NCBI GenBank assembly: GCA_024704765.1
Contig: JAKMXF010000022.1
Location: forward strand, 62,001-126,000
Source: Oopsacas minuta
Taxonomy: Eukaryota; Animalia; Porifera
Direction of reading: 5' to 3'
DNA length: 64,000 bases
The translations under genes were made by a program, and so were the position numbers. Positions 10,501-23,100 of this stretch are shown here, piece after piece; the stretch's first letter is position 1, and every line of letters starts with the position of its first letter. Below the pieces are notes generated by a model. That model had not been told where the DNA came from and did no database searches. It saw only the letters and a list, made by a program, of their open reading frames with translations.

Positions 10501-12771
10501 GCTCTCTCTTCTGATGACTCTCTCAAGTTTAGCGTACCCTTTCCACTCCCCAAAACTCCTGAAGAGTCTCCACAATCTGACAGGAGTAACGCTAAGTCTC
10601 CCTCAGTCACCCCCTCTCCCTGCCACATATCCAGTCCTCAGGCTGACACTCAGCCCCCAGAAGAGATAGAGTCAGTTCCTAAAAACACGAAATCAAAACG
10701 GGGCAAACGTAAATCAGATACACCTACCAGAGGACGTAAGAAGAGAGTTTCTAATCAGGTAGCACTATGGAAGGAGTCGGTACATGGTACTGATGGATTC
10801 TTGCAAGAAGACGCTTGTCTATTTTACTATGGACCAATTTCCAAATGTATAGAGTGTAAAAAGCACGGACATCACTCAAGCATGTCCTATCTAACTCAGA
10901 TGGTTAATGAGAGACAAGCTGCTTGTGGTTTTATAGGATTCAGGAAGCTATCAGATCGTAACAAGACTTGTAATTACGTTACAGGGTTTCTAACTGACAC
11001 AGAAGCTGACAATTATGACCTCAATCTTTGGCGTTTCAATCCTTCTAACAGCTTCGCTAGACCTCTCCCAGCTAAAGAGGCGGTGTATCTCATTACGTCA
11101 CTACAATACTACTTCTGTACTTCTATGCTTACAGACATAGAGCTACATCATGCTACCTCTCAATCAAACGCTAAACTATCCCAGATTTCCAACCAGAGAT
11201 ATCCTGCCTGGAAGAAGCATGCGTATCAGGCACGTGAGTTGTGTGACGTATGTGAGACTGCCATATTCAGTACACACTTCTTCTGTGACATGTGTGCTTA
11301 CACGGTATGTCGTAAATGTTTCGAGCAGAAGTCTGAACTCCCTGAAACCGAGCAGGATATGTGTAAGGAGTTCAGTTGGAGATATTGTACTAAGAAACGT
11401 CGCAAACACAAGCCTAGTGATCTCCTGATAGCTGAGATAGTCCCTCAAGACATAGTTACTGAGACGCATCAAGAAATGCACTCTGTACTCAAGAAACTTG
11501 ATATTGACAAGAGTTGTGTCGTATATGATAAGCTCCCTATATCACCTCCTAACACCAAGGTGTGTCCTAGAGCTATCCCCCTCACGGTACCAACTCCATT
11601 CCCTGTCCTAGCCCCTTACACTTATCTCTGTGACGGCCAGATCCTCAATCTCCTGGACGCGAAACACGAAGCTAACATCCGTCAGTTCCGTCAGTACTGG
11701 ACCAGAGGGGAACCTCTGGTGATCAGTAACTGTCACCGAGATCTGGACTCTAGCCTCTGGCAACCGGAGAGTTTCTCTAGAGACTTTGGAGATGAAGTAG
11801 TCAAGCCAGTGGATTGCATGACTCGTAATCTTATCAGTCAGATTAACTTGAGTACTTTTTGGAATGGATTTACTGATATATCAGAAAGGATTCAATCTAC
11901 AGACTGTACTCCACTCATTCTGAAACTCAAAGATTGGCCTCCTGACCACGATTTTATGGACAAAATGCCTGAACGTTACAAAGACTACACAAATAATCTC
12001 CCTATGTCCGAGTACACTACTCGGGAGGGTACTTTCAACCTCGCGTCTAGACTCCCTCCAGAGTTCCTTAAACCTGATCTAGGTCCTAAGATGTACATAG
12101 CGTATGGATCAGCTGGTTTTAACTCCATGGCAACAACCAGTCTACACATAGATATTTCTGATGCTATGAATCTTATGATATTCGTGAGTAGAACTCTCAC
12201 TACAGTCCCTGATCCAGATCTGGAGAAGATTATTGAAGAAGAGATTATGCAGATAGATAAACTGATAGCAGACAGTTCAATAGAAGTACAGGAGAGAGCT
12301 AAAAATCCCAAGAATATTCCTGGAGCTCTCTGGCATATCTTCCCAGCAGAAGACAGTCCTAAGATACGACAGTTTATCCGTAAATACAACGAAGAGACGA
12401 ATAGGCAAGTGAAAGAGACTTCGGATCCTATTCACGACCAATCTATATATCTAGACCAGGGATTGAGGAATAGATTGCTGGAAGAGTACGGAGTACAAGG
12501 CTGGGAGATCATCCAGTTTGTGGGTGACTCCATATTCATTCCTGCTGGAGCCCCGCATCAAGTTAAAAATCTATATAATTGTATTAAAGTAGCAGAAGAT
12601 TTTGTGTCTCCAGAGAATGTGTCACACTGTATTCAACTAACAGAGGAATTCAGACATCTGTCAAAATTCCACTCGAACCATGAGGACAAACTTCAGATTA
12701 AGAATATTGTCTATCATTCAGTGAAGGACGCTACAGGTACTTTGAAGAAAGTGCTGGAGAAATACAGTTAG
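7529..12771 (+). CDS. KDM3: KDM3/JMJD1-family H3K9 demethylase (exons 7529-8288, 8504-12771)
   Basis: The N-terminal region resembles that of JMJD1C/KDM3B (LAEYAVKIFSTDYGIWWKGIVRQHDRETREL). Zinc finger CDVCETAIFSTHFFCDMCAYTVCRKC. JmjC domain with LKLKDWP, KPDLGPKMYIAYG, TSLHIDISDA (HxD) and GAPHQV. Phase-1 intron 8289-8503. Confidence 0.92.
8288..8406 (+). other. Long GC-rich intronic hairpin starting at the 5' splice site
   Basis: Pairings read directly: 8288-8296 with 8398-8406 (9/9), 8308-8318 with 8380-8390 (10/11), 8322-8329 with 8368-8375 (8/8), plus inner stems. Function unknown. Confidence 0.7.
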
Positions 12772-13145
12772 TTATGAATTAATAATGTTTAATTGCTGCG
12801 ATTCATGTCTCACTCCAATTCTTACCTGACTTACAAAATTCAGAGAGCTGTAACTTATATTAGCATTGAGATACGTAATTATTCTAATTTCATTAATAAT
12901 ATAATATCAAAGACTTACTAATAGGAATTATTACTTTATTGTCCCATCTCTGGCATTCAATTATTGAATATCTCTGAAAATATTTCACCAATCCCTTAGC
13001 TCAAAAAAATTAGTTTAGAGAGTGTTCTTATACAAAATCTACTTTTTTTGACATCTGTCAAATATGTTAAAGTTTTTTCGAGTGTTATAACTCCTTGTTT
13101 ACATAAACCAATTAACTGTAATTACTCTATAGTATAAATAGTTTG

Positions 13146-14522
13146 ATGATAACTTCACTTAGACAGCTAGTAACTAAATCAGCTGGTGTATCTTCACATT
13201 TTCATGTACAGCCACATAGTAAATACTCAGAGAGTTTGAGTTTGAAACAAGAGCTGACAGAGAGACATCTCCTCCACCAGGTGACAGATGAGACAGTACT
13301 TGACTTGTTACAGACTGGAGGACAAACTGTTTACATGGGTATAGATCCAACAGGGAACAGTTTACATTCTGGACACTTAAAGCCTCTCTCCTACCTAGCT
13401 CATATTATACGTTACGGTAACAAAGGGGTTTTGCTATTGGGAGGAGCTACAGCAAGAATAGGAGATCCGAGTGGTAGAGACAGTGAGAGGAGTGTTCTAC
13501 CTGAGGAGACTATTAAACATAACTCAACAGATATTGAGCAATCTCTTAGGAGTATTACTCACTCATTAGGTATATCAGATAGAGTTATATTTGTCAATAA
13601 TGAAGACTGGTACAATCCACTGAGCATACTCGACTTCTTCTCTCAGGTTGGATCTGCTATGCGACTCTCTCTTATGCTTGGGAAGAACAGTGTGAAGAGA
13701 AGGATGCTGCTACCTAATGGTTTGAACTTCCAGGAATTCTCTTATCAAGCTTTTCAAGCTTATGATTTCCTTCAGCTTTATCAGCGTTACGGCTGTACAG
13801 TGCAATTAGGCGGAGCTGATCAATGGGGTAATATTACTGCGGGTTGTGATCTGGTTCGTAAGAAAACAGGTCATAGTGTATTCGGACTTACAACGGGTCT
13901 GCTAGTTGATAGCAAGGGAAATAAACTTGGTAAGTCTATGGGAGGACATCCAGACACTGTCTTGTGGTTATCATCATCTAAGACTGCTCCTTACACGTTG
14001 TATCAGTCGTTCTTAAGACTTGATGATGTCACTTGTATAGAACTAGTTAAGCAGCTGTTACCCATTTCATTGACAGAAGTGAGTTTGATAGAGAGAGATC
14101 ATATAGCTAATCCTAGTGTTAGAGTTGCACAGAAGCAGCTGGCTTCTGACGTCATCAGAATGGTACATGGAAATGATGAACTCAGGAAAGCAGAGTTGGC
14201 AACACGAATCGCTTTTGAGGATCCTTCTCATATGAACGAAATGGGAGAAGAATCGATTTCAGAACTAATACACTCACTACCATACATTATACTATCTCTA
14301 CAGGAACAAATTGGTGTTCTCTGGGTAGACTTGTTAGTTAGAATAGGACTAGCTTCTACACAAGAGAATGCACTTAGCATAATTTCTAAAACTCTCAAGA
14401 TTAATGGTACTCGAATCAACAACCCGAATGAAGTGTTTAAACCACATCAGCACCTCCTCAGAGGAGATATATCGATTGTTAAAATTGGTAAAATTGTAAC
14501 TTTTATTTCATGGAAAATGTAA
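13146..14522 (+). CDS. YARS2: Mitochondrial tyrosyl-tRNA synthetase, intronless
   Basis: YMGIDPTGNSLHSGH (HIGH), GGATARIGDPSGR, YQAFQAYDF, QLGGADQWGNI, KLGKS (KMSKS). Basic, hydroxyl-rich N-terminus resembling a targeting peptide. First ATG at 13146. Confidence 0.93.
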   Translation: MITSLRQLVTKSAGVSSHFHVQPHSKYSESLSLKQELTERHLLHQVTDETVLDLLQTGGQTVYMGIDPTGNSLHSGHLKPLSYLAHIIRYGNKGVLLLGGATARIGDPSGRDSERSVLPEETIKHNSTDIEQSLRSITHSLGISDRVIFVNNEDWYNPLSILDFFSQVGSAMRLSLMLGKNSVKRRMLLPNGLNFQEFSYQAFQAYDFLQLYQRYGCTVQLGGADQWGNITAGCDLVRKKTGHSVFGLTTGLLVDSKGNKLGKSMGGHPDTVLWLSSSKTAPYTLYQSFLRLDDVTCIELVKQLLPISLTEVSLIERDHIANPSVRVAQKQLASDVIRMVHGNDELRKAELATRIAFEDPSHMNEMGEESISELIHSLPYIILSLQEQIGVLWVDLLVRIGLASTQENALSIISKTLKINGTRINNPNEVFKPHQHLLRGDISIVKIGKIVTFISWKM

Positions 14523-14706
14523 TCCTCAATCAATTAATTAATATATATAATTCTATTTTGTCATTTTGTAATGACAGCTGAGTAAATTAATAAAAAATAT
14601 CAATAACTGACTAATAATTGATTTATTACATATTGAATATATAAGGATTTACTATATCTCAAAGCTCAGATAAATTAACCATCAATATTGACGAAAAAGG
14701 ACATAA

Positions 14707-14943
14707 ATGGAATTGGATTTTGACAGTTTGCTACACTTTGGGCTAGCAATTGGGGCTATTTTCCAACTAATTTGTATTCTAGCAATAATTGTCTTACCAA
14801 GCCAAGAAGAAGAGAAAAGTACTAAAGATTTAGAATATGATTCTAAATGTGAAACTACTGTACTGAAAGGACCCAGCAAGCCCTCTAGTGCTAGTACTTT
14901 AACCAAACGAGGGAAGGGAAGGGAAAAGAAATTAAAGAAATAG
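14707..14943 (+). CDS. MANBAL: MANBAL / UPF0239 small membrane protein, 78 aa
   Basis: [21 protein letters not shown] matches the recalled [21 protein letters not shown]. Basic C-terminal tail. Confidence 0.88.
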   Translation: [78 protein letters not shown]

Positions 14944-15028
14944 TTTTAGCTCCTTTAATTTTATTTTGCAAATTTTATCACTTTTTCTTTTATAATATTA
15001 TATAATTTATTCAATAGAATCGTAGAGA

Positions 15029-15101
15029 GCCCATCATACAGCATGTAACGGTGTAACAATGTTGCAACTTATACAACAAAGTTGCATCATGTATGGTGGG
15101 C
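15029..15101. mobile_element. Short palindromic MITE-like repeat, copy 2
   Basis: GCCCATCATACA...GTTGCAAC...CAACAAAGTTGCATCATGTATGGTGGGC followed by TTA; imperfect terminal inverted repeats. Confidence 0.55.
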
Positions 15102-15556
15102 TTAAACGAATAAAATTAAATTCAGGGATTCAAAATTAGACTTTTATTACACATTGCATTGCTGATGATTATAAAAGATTATCGGTTTATTTATCTGCTT
15201 CGTATACAATGTCTAGAACAAAAATTCTACAATTATTTCCTTTCCCACTTATAAATTCAGAAAATGAATTACAGTAAACTCCCATTATAACGAAAATGAC
15301 TCTTTAGCTTGAAGTAATTGATTTTACTGGCCTTGCAACGAATTTCTGCTTATATACCGAAATATGAAACCTGGGTCCTGAGCATCTCGTTATATAACTA
15401 TACTATACTGTGATTGAGTTTGCTTTATCATCACTTTGATTCTATACTATTATTTGTATTCACATCAAAGAATATTGTCAGGAGATTCATGAGGTGATCA
15501 TATCTTTCTCAAATATAATACAAGTTAAATTAGTCTTCAATTGTATTTTCCCTCTA

Positions 15557-16364
15557 ATGGATTTAGTTTTGAATATACTAGACCATATCCTCCTCACTCC
15601 CTATGTCTACCCCGATACATGGAGTGAGGATTATATCATCAGACAAGGTATAACTATGTGGTTTGTATTGCTTATATTTGCGTGGATACTATATCTATCA
15701 GTTGCTACTTTTCCTTTTATTTCATGTTTGTTCACTCCCTCATGAAGGATCCGAAATATTTACCAAATCAGGTAAGGAAGGAGATAACCTATGCAGTGAT
15801 GAGCCTATTTTTCATGAGCTTCCCTACCCTCACTTGTGTTTTATTTGAGATTAGAGGTTATAGTAAACTCTACTACAATCCTGATGAGTATGGGTGGACA
15901 TATCTATTTGCTTCCATTTTTCTTTTCCTCTTATTTTCTGATATTCTAATTTATTTCATTCGCAGAGCTTTTCATGAGTCAAAATGGATCTATAAGAATA
16001 TTCACAAACCTCATCACCGCTGGATTATTTCTACCCCTTTCGCTAGCCATGCCTTCCATCCAGTTGATGGTTTCACACAGAGCCTACCTTATCACTTATT
16101 CGTGTTCTTGTTGCCTTTTAATAAGATACTCTACTTCTGTTTACTTTCGTAAACTTTTGGACTATTTCTATTCATGACAGTACCTACTGTGTTCCCTCAG
16201 TTCTAGAAAGTTTCATAAACGGGTCTGCTCACCACACTGACCATCACACTCTGTTTATTTATAACTACGGTCAGTACTTCACATTGTGTGACAAACTATT
16301 TGGTACTTATCTACATCCTATACATACTGTCAGAGAGAAGATAGAGGATACAAAATATGCCTAG
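15557..16364 (+). pseudogene. SC5D: Lathosterol oxidase (sterol C5-desaturase), disrupted by two single-base deletions and a His-box substitution
   Basis: MDLVL...TPYVYPDTW; then, after a -1 shift near 15710, FVHSLMKDPKYLPNQVRKEI...HKPHH...TPFASHAFHPVDGF; then, after a second -1 shift near 16147, VNFWTISIHD...INGSAHHTDHH...NYGQYFTL, ending TAG at 16362-16364. The first His box reads RRAFH (CGC at 15961) instead of HRxxH. Confidence 0.85.
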
Positions 16365-16640
16365 TTGAAGTTACGTATTTGATACTGTAATAATCTTAAT
16401 ATTTAGTAATTCCGAAAATATACTTTTTTAAGTATTAACTAATGCGTATATAACTTTGTACTAGAATTATTGTATTTGAGTTGAGTTCTATTGTGCTTAT
16501 TATATATTAATATGTAAATCATGTTTATTTCTTTATACCATTTGTCTCGTTCAGGCTATATCTTATCTAGCTCTAAGAGCTTAAGAGTACACCCCATACC
16601 TCGAGACAATATCCACTAACAATTTCTAGACAATACATTA

Positions 16641-16703
16641 AACCATTACACAAATGATAATATGTTGCCTTTGTTGCAACAAAGTGCATCGTGTATGGTG
16701 CAC
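16641..16703. mobile_element. Short palindromic MITE-like repeat, copy 3 (degenerate)
   Basis: ACCATTACAC...TGTTGCAACAAAGTGCATCGTGTATGGTG, the same core as copies 1 and 2. Confidence 0.45.
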
Positions 16704-16810
16704 TTGAGGCTCTTAAATATTATTCAAATTTTCTATACAGGCTGAACATTTTGGCTGGAGAATTAGCGGATTTAAATTAGTCATTTCTCGTTATTTGTGT
16801 CATTTAGAAA

Positions 16811-17569
16811 ATGAATATATCTCAGCAAAAATTAAATTTCGATCAACCAGTGAAGAAAATTCTTCTGGATAACTTGAGGGACTTTGCAGCTTTAGTTACT
16901 TCCCTGTTTGACATGATAAATGATCCTACAAAAACTTCTGTGATTTCTTCACAAATAACTGATCTAACTTCCTCCCAAGAACCAGATTCATCCTTGAAAG
17001 AGTTAATTTCTCATCTAATCGAGAAGGAGAGAGATATTCATCAAATTTTAGATGTTGCTTGTAACCAACACAAATCATTTCTTGAATTACAGTCACTTAG
17101 ACAGGAATTGCTGTCACTAACTCAACAGATACACAATATTCAGAAAAGTTTAATTGATAGTGAATCCTTGTTGGAACAAGCGATTAAAGATGCAGAAGTT
17201 CTATTAGAACAGTACGAAGATTCTAAAAAGTCTAAAATCGACACTGAAGACATAGTAAAATATGCTCATAAGATTAGTCTGGGAGGAGTACTCGGATCAC
17301 CCTTAGCCTGGGCTGGGCCTGAATTTCCAGAAAGGCCATATCCCACTGACCCTATAATGCGGGCAGGAGCTCTTGGGAGGCTCAGTAACCTACCTCCTGT
17401 TGAAACGCCATTACAGGTAGCTGATAATACTACTGTTAGACAATCAAATAGTGTATTTGGAACGCAACCATCTACTTTATCACAGAATACATTTTCTAGC
17501 TCTAGAAACGACATTGAAGAAATGAGTGAAGATACTTCATCTTCCTCAAATTCAGATGAATCATCTTAA
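16811..17569 (+). CDS. MED4: Mediator subunit 4, intronless, 252 aa
   Basis: Coiled coil followed by VKYAHKIS...PLAW...RPYPTDPIMRAGALGRL; acidic Ser-rich tail. Confidence 0.9.
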   Translation: MNISQQKLNFDQPVKKILLDNLRDFAALVTSLFDMINDPTKTSVISSQITDLTSSQEPDSSLKELISHLIEKERDIHQILDVACNQHKSFLELQSLRQELLSLTQQIHNIQKSLIDSESLLEQAIKDAEVLLEQYEDSKKSKIDTEDIVKYAHKISLGGVLGSPLAWAGPEFPERPYPTDPIMRAGALGRLSNLPPVETPLQVADNTTVRQSNSVFGTQPSTLSQNTFSSSRNDIEEMSEDTSSSSNSDESS

Positions 17570-17869
17570 AATTTATTTTGTAACCTGCCAAATTAATTTA
17601 TTTGTATTGTGTTAATAGGTTTCTGAATCCCAAAATACAAAGGCAAATTCTTGGCCAGTAATTAAACACACAGAGAACAAAATCCCTGTTTTTCATTAAC
17701 TCTAGTACGTATCATATATTCTAATAAATTTTCTTTTGAAGCCAGCCCGATGAATAGAAAGCTAAGTTCTGTGTAAGTATTAGGACGGCATATATTTTGC
17801 ACAATAAGGTATATTAATCACTTACATTAATTACAAGTAAATATTATTAAATCAATTAATCTAACTATT

Positions 17870-18484
17870 ATGAACAAATTACAATTCAAAGATTTAATGG
17901 ACGCGTTAAATAAGAAAGTGTATAATATTGATAAATTCCATGTAATCGAATGTTATGCTGCAAGTCGATTTACAATAGGACAGATCCGTCTTGTTCTTTC
18001 CAGTCTGTCAACCAAAGATTTTCGCTACAGAACACTCTTAATTCTTGTTGAATGTCTCCCAAGCGTTGGTGTGCAGGATGCTATACACATTATTAATACA
18101 GTTTGTGAATGTGAATCTCGATATCAGATACGATTGAAGACGCTGAAACTTTTGGTTAATTACAACAAACTTGAAGAAGATTTAAAAGAAATAGTTTTAA
18201 AAGCGATAACTAAATCTCTCTCTGGTAATATGCAACTCCTCTTTGAACTTGCAGTCCCTGTAGTGAATAAATCTACAAATCAAACACTCACAGATACTCC
18301 TCCATCTACTGAAACACATCCATTAAGTGCAAAAGAAAGACGTATGGAATATATTAAACCTCGACGAAGCTATACGATACATAATAGAATATTTCCGTTG
18401 AAGATAGAAACTATTGAAATAGAGCAATCTCCTTCAACCATTTCAACAAATTCTAAAATTCATTCAAAATGTAGCATTTTATAG
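17870..18484 (+). CDS. Uncharacterised 204-aa protein, DUF4476-like N-terminal repeats, C-terminal CaaX (CSIL)
   Basis: Clean ATG-to-TAG ORF. FTIGQIRLVLSSLSTKDFRYRTLLIL resembles the DUF4476 motif FT..QV..IL..F.....KL..L. Ends KIHSKCSIL. Confidence 0.55.
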   Translation: MNKLQFKDLMDALNKKVYNIDKFHVIECYAASRFTIGQIRLVLSSLSTKDFRYRTLLILVECLPSVGVQDAIHIINTVCECESRYQIRLKTLKLLVNYNKLEEDLKEIVLKAITKSLSGNMQLLFELAVPVVNKSTNQTLTDTPPSTETHPLSAKERRMEYIKPRRSYTIHNRIFPLKIETIEIEQSPSTISTNSKIHSKCSIL

Positions 18485-20192
18485 CACAACTTATGTATTG
18501 CTAATTTCACTATTTATGCTTTTACCTTGTTCACTGCAATTTGAATGTATGCACTCTTGATAGTTCCCAATTCTTTCTTGACTAATAAATACAGATATGA
18601 TAATTATATTTTCTAGACATTCCTTACCCATCATAATACTTACACACAGATACATTGTTTGAGGTAACATTATTGTACCGTGTATGTTGTCTTGTTTGAA
18701 GCAACATTGCAACGATTTTATGCATTTCTAGTAGTAAGAATTAAGCTCTACTTTTGAGCGGTTAATTACAATTCATTATTTTAAATAATTCTTAATGTAA
18801 CTGAATATGTAGTTACGATAGCATAAGAAATCTGATTTTTCCAACTATCTGGTAAATTGTGTCTTTATGAATGATTTATAATTACTCTAATGAATGTATG
18901 TGTGGTTTGCACCTTGAGTAAATCTTTTTTTACAAATGGTCAAGTAGGATAATTGTTCAATCTAATCTCACGGAATTCGCATTCACTGGTACTTAATATC
19001 CCTTCTTAACTATACGTACAATGTTAGTGTCCACATTCTTTTTAGTTATATTGAATGTATTGACTGACTTTTGAAGAATCCTCATATAGAAGAACCGTAT
19101 ATGGCCATCAAGGAGAATAAATTAGCGATAATTAACAACCCCTATACTCAATCTGGAGATTTTCTCCTATACTTTTCTGACTCATTCTTACCACTACTAA
19201 CTATAATCCAGATATAATTATACTGCAATGAATTCACTTTTATAAATGTTCTCTTGTTTAAACTCTCAGAGGTTATGTAACGTATAAGGTTGTGAAGAAA
19301 TATACGAATTACAAGAGACTATTCTTAGGGTATATAAAATGGGTGACATTTGGGGGTGTATGATTCTCATTACTATTAAATGAATATAATGAAATAGTAT
19401 TTTAAAATTTGTAACTTACACATGAACCAGATCTATCCAACAAATATCAGGGGGTGTTTACCTCAAATTTGGTATAATTATTTTAATTGAAACTATACTA
19501 TAATCCATAGTTGTCAAGCCTCATGGGTTTGAAGACAGTCTCCCTTTGATTGTTAGCTTTCACTTAAAATTTTTTAGGAAAATGAGTGATTACAGCGATT
19601 CATTACGAAATACACACTAATACGCTATTAATGTGGGTAGAATTCCTATTTGATATCCATTTAATCTCAAAACTTACGAAATTCAACTGCTCCAGAAAGG
19701 AAATCTGACGGATAGATTTTTACTAAAGTTGATAACTATGTCTACTCCCAGAAATTTCTATAATTGTGAATAGAATATATTTTGACTTGTGTTGTTGGGT
19801 TAATTAACAACAACATTCTACACATGTCCAATGTTTCACAGGATGTTAATATAAAATTCACCAAATACCTGAATTGGCATATTGGTATGCATTATTTATC
19901 ACTGAGTTTAGTGCATCCATATATATAACACTTCCGATTTGATTCAGAAATAATTAAAGTAAAGCATTTTGTACACTTAGTTACACATAAGGCGTGGTGG
20001 AATTCAATAACAACCTTCTAACCTCAACTAAAACTCCTTGGTTTTAGCTTACACTATTGCTCTTCTACTTCTGTATTATATAAGCTACACTGGATTTATG
20101 GACTTCTTCAAATTCAATCTTTTACTTCACTCCATTATTCACTATTAGTTTCATCTCGCCCTTAGGGTAACTACATAACGACACAATACATA

Positions 20193-23100
20193 ATGCAATG
20201 TCAAGCAAAAAACATGTTTCCTGACATACAAGAATGTCCAACATTTGAACCCACCAAGGAGGAGTTCGCTGATCCAATCTTCTACATCTCTAAAATACGT
20301 CCCATAGGAGAAAAAACAGGTATCGTCAAAATAAGACCTCCTTCCGACTGGGAACCTCCCTTCTGTCGAGATCCAGAGAAATTTCAGTTTGCTCCCCGTA
20401 TCCAGGCTCTTAGGGAGCTAGAAGGTGTTAACCGTCTTAGACTCAATTTTACAGACAACTTTATACACTTCTGGGATCTCCATGGACAGAAAATTATAAA
20501 GCCAGTAGTAGGAGGTCAGCCCCTAGATTTATACAAGTTCTTTGACTTAGCGAATAGAGAGGGGGGATTCCATCAGGTTTGTACACGTAAACTCTGGTCT
20601 GGAATCGGCAGACATTTAGGTCTCATAACAGATGTCCAATGGTCTACTGTACTCAAAGATAAATATCGTAAACTGTTGTATCCCTTTGAGTACTTTATCA
20701 AAGTGCGTTGTCTTTTGTTGAAAGGAGAAGAATTGAACGAAGTTATGTACTCCAGTCCTAGAAACTTACTTCGTCCTCTCTTCCCAGCAATTATCCCTTA
20801 TGAAGAAGTCATATCTTGTGCAGTAGAAACTCAATCCCACATGTCTCCTACCATTGAACCTATCCGTTGTCCAACATTCGTTCCTCCATCGACAGCAACT
20901 GACTCTCCATCAACAGCACCTGTCCAGGGTAAAGACATTACTTGTCACTCATGTCACCTAGGCGATGAGGAACAGGTCCTACTTATTTGTGAAACTTGTG
21001 AGGTCGGGTTTCACATATTTTGTCTCTACCCGCCCCTGGAGTCTGTCCCTCCTGGTGAGTGGCGCTGTCCTGGTTGCATCCACAAATTGTACACACCTTC
21101 GAGTCTGTTTGGATTTGAACACACAAAATTTAACCTATCACTAAACTCGTTCTCTCATGCAGCAAATGCATTCAAACGTAATTACTTCGAACATATCAAA
21201 GAGGAAGTATCTTGTCGAGAAGTAGAACGAGAATTCTGGAGTTTACTCGCTTCTCCTGATTCCCCTATAGAGGTACATTATGGTGCTGATCTACACTCAT
21301 CTCATCACGGGAGTGGGTTCCCTTGTGACCCCAGTGATTGTGATGCTTCAAAACAGCACTACATTGATAGTGGTTGGAATTTGAACAACATAGCCTATCT
21401 AGAGGGGTGTGTACTCAAACACGTACCAGGAGATATTAGCGGACTTAAGAAGCCATGGCTCTATGTAGGAATGTGTTTCTCTACATTTTGCTGGCACGTA
21501 GAGGATCATTGGAACCACTCAATAAACTATCTACACTGGGGGGAGCCTAAGACTTGGTACGGGATACCTCCTTACGCAGCTGATAAATTTGAAAATTGTG
21601 TCCGCGATTACGTCCCGGGTCTGGTAGCCAATGACCCCCAGCTCCTCCACCACCTCATTACCATGGTTCCTCCCAGCTTACTGCTGGAGAGTGGAGTCCC
21701 GGTGTTCCGGGCTGACCAGAGGGAGAGAGAGTTCATGGTTACATTTCCACGCGCTTATCACGCGGGATTCAACCAAGGATTCAATTTCGCCGAGGCTGTA
21801 AATTTCGCGACAAAAGACTGGTTTAAAATCGGAAGAGATTGCGTTAAAGTTTACAAGAAACTTCAAAAGGCTCCAATCTTCAGTCATAATGAGCTAATTT
21901 GTCGATGTTTTGCTTCCCCTAGGACCCCGGGCTCATTCGCCCCCTCCCTGTTCGAGGATATCCACTGTATGGTGACAGGGGAGCTGGAGGCTAGGAAGAA
22001 TGTCTACAATACTACTATGGAGCATGTACAGATTAATTTCGAGCTACAACCAGAAACAAGTAGGAACTGTCACAAGTGTAAGACAGTCCTATTCCTCTCC
22101 TCAGTTGTGTGTGAGAGTTGTGACTCCACAAAATTCTGTCTAGATGACCTAGATTGCTCATGTCCCTGTGGATCTACTAACAGAATATTCCAGTATAGAT
22201 ATTCTGGTCAAGAGCTTCTCTCTATACTTGAGAGCTCTAAGAAACGAGCAGACGAGTATACTGACTGGCTACGAGATGTTGAGACGGTTGTAGCTGCTCA
22301 AGAACATGATAAGCCATCTCTTGAAGAGGTAGAGCAACTCTCTGAGAGAGGAGCAAACCTTAACTATGATGGAGATAGTCTCATGGAATTACAACTGATA
22401 ATTGACAAAGCTAAAGTTGTCGGGAAGAAAATACAACAGCTGTTCTCTAAACGTACTAGAACCAAATATTCAGGAAATGGTATCTGGCTATACGAACTAT
22501 CATATATAGAAAACATAGGTAATGAGCTTCAATCTCTGCCCTGTACAATCCTACAATCATATTCAATACAAGAATTGTTACTTGAGACTAATATACTCTT
22601 TAACACGGTAAAACAGCTTATCGAGAATAACTGTCTGGATGTAGATACACTAGAGGAGGTATCCTCCCGAGTACAACAGTTACAAGTACATTCTCCACTC
22701 TGTGAGACTTTATCAGATCGTCTTAAAATGTCTTCTTGGCTACGAGACTACTCACATATTTATGAAAGATGTAATCAAGATATATTCTACAAACCTCCAT
22801 TACAAGAAGTACAACAAATACTATCTGTAGCACACAGCTTGCCTATCACTTGTCAAGAAGTACAGACAGCTGTAGTATGGCTGAATGAGTCTATCTCACA
22901 AGCTAGTCGTTGGATGAAATTATCAAAAACTGCTTTGAATGGTAAATACAGAAGATCGTTAGAAATATTACAAGACATTTATAATGAAAATGATAAATTG
23001 ATGGTCTCTGTACCAATCCCTGAAGAACTGAGTAGTTCCATCAGAAATGCTCAGATATGGAAACAGAACTACTCCAATCTCTCTTCCTCTCCCACCCTAT

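Noticed and set aside
13353-13376. HSGH instead of HIGH/HVGH in YARS2
   Set aside because: The second position of the motif is variable; both histidines and the glycine are retained.
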